From: Eukaryota sp. GEM-RC1
Lineage: Eukaryota
Reading direction: 5' to 3'
Assembly (NCBI GenBank): GCA_040285855.1
Contig: JAUFOQ010000001.1
Span: 2,852,001 to 2,916,000, forward strand
Length of the DNA stretch: 64,000 nucleotides
The translations under genes and the position numbers were made by a program. This document shows positions 63,307-64,000 of this stretch, one piece after another. The notes beneath the pieces were generated by a model. The model was not told the DNA's origin. It did no database searches and saw only the letters and a list, made by a program, of their open reading frames with translations. Each line of letters begins with the position of its first letter. Within the stretch, counting starts at the first letter, position 1.

Positions 63307-63505
63307 CAGCATTTTGTTTAATTAGTGTGGACCACACTAATTTTCATTACTTTTTCAGCTCGTAGAAATTAGAATTAGTGTTGACCACACTAATTATAAT
63401 CCACACTAATTATAATTAAATAAAAATAGTGTGGACCACACTAATTTTCTGAAAAAAGATTTAGTGTGGATTGAAATATTTTTTTAAACGGCGTTATAAT
63501 CACTG
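63307..63505. repeat. MITE-like element with repeated palindromic TTAGTGTGGACCACACTAA
   Basis: Three to four copies of the palindrome between TA-CAG and CTG-TA. Confidence 0.55.
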
Positions 63506-63659
63506 TAGTTGGTGTTGTGTATATTCTGGGAACACTAGAAATCAGGCCCTCTCATAAGATAATTTAAAATAATTTGAACATGAAAAATACCAAAAATAAA
63601 TGTGAAATAAATATAATTAAAACAAAATAAAACCCAAATAAAAACAAAATATTATATTA

Positions 63660-63920
63660 GTACAGTATTTCTCGGTCACTATCGATGATTACATAATCCA
63701 TTTGATCATCCATTTCTTGTCAAAAAGGTTAGTTGACTTTCTGATTCGTATAAGTGCTCTGGCTGTGTCGCCACCACATGTGGATCTTCAGCATTAGTTC
63801 AATATTCAGCATCGTGGACGACCATGAGAATCGTTCAGTGATTATATGGCCAGATATAGTCGTTGGATTGGCTTAGAACACAGGTAAAGGCACGTTTGTG
63901 TCGGTTAGGTTCGACATTGA
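63660..63920 (-). mobile_element. Non-LTR RLE fragment (degraded)
   Basis: The reverse strand reads approximately MVVHDAEY...AEDPH..GDTARALIRIRKSTN...WIM*SSIVTE; weak match to the RHD/E/D layout. Confidence 0.35.
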
Positions 63921-64000
63921 AATGGCAAAGTTTGAGGAAAAATGACTTGACTTTGATTCTGGGCTGAGCTTGAGTATTTCACACATCATGTTTCAAGTCA

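Overview
This is AT-rich DNA from a microbial eukaryote. It is probably a flagellate protist: it has a ciliary TMEM17/216 gene, only a few very short spliceosomal introns and tiny intergenic gaps. TAA, TAG and TGA all terminate conserved genes. The first ~40 kb is an accessory, transposon-littered segmental-duplication array. It holds four paralogues of a BTB - heptad coiled-coil - SPRY/B30.2-like gene with hypervariable SPRY loops, two tRNA-like genes with an almost invariant body but a long, unrelated insert in the anticodon arm (canonical splicing would give stop-codon anticodons CUA and UCA), a bacterial-style VWA gene, a SET-domain remnant, and hAT, MULE, pogo, Tc1/IS630 and RLE-type non-LTR remnants and MITEs. 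The last ~24 kb is gene-dense. It contains tRNA-Lys, GPN1, an AT-rich XPG/FEN1-like island, FKBP-TPR, tRNA-Gly, a ~2.25-kb-arm inverted repeat carrying two secreted poly-Asn integrin-beta-head-like genes, TMEM216-like, pallidin/snapin-like, ASNSD1-like and LRR genes, an EGF/Cys-rich membrane protein and a small secreted Cys-rich protein. Several housekeeping genes have single-base indels in homopolymers, so many frameshifts are probably assembly errors. All homology calls are by eye from motifs; no searches were run.
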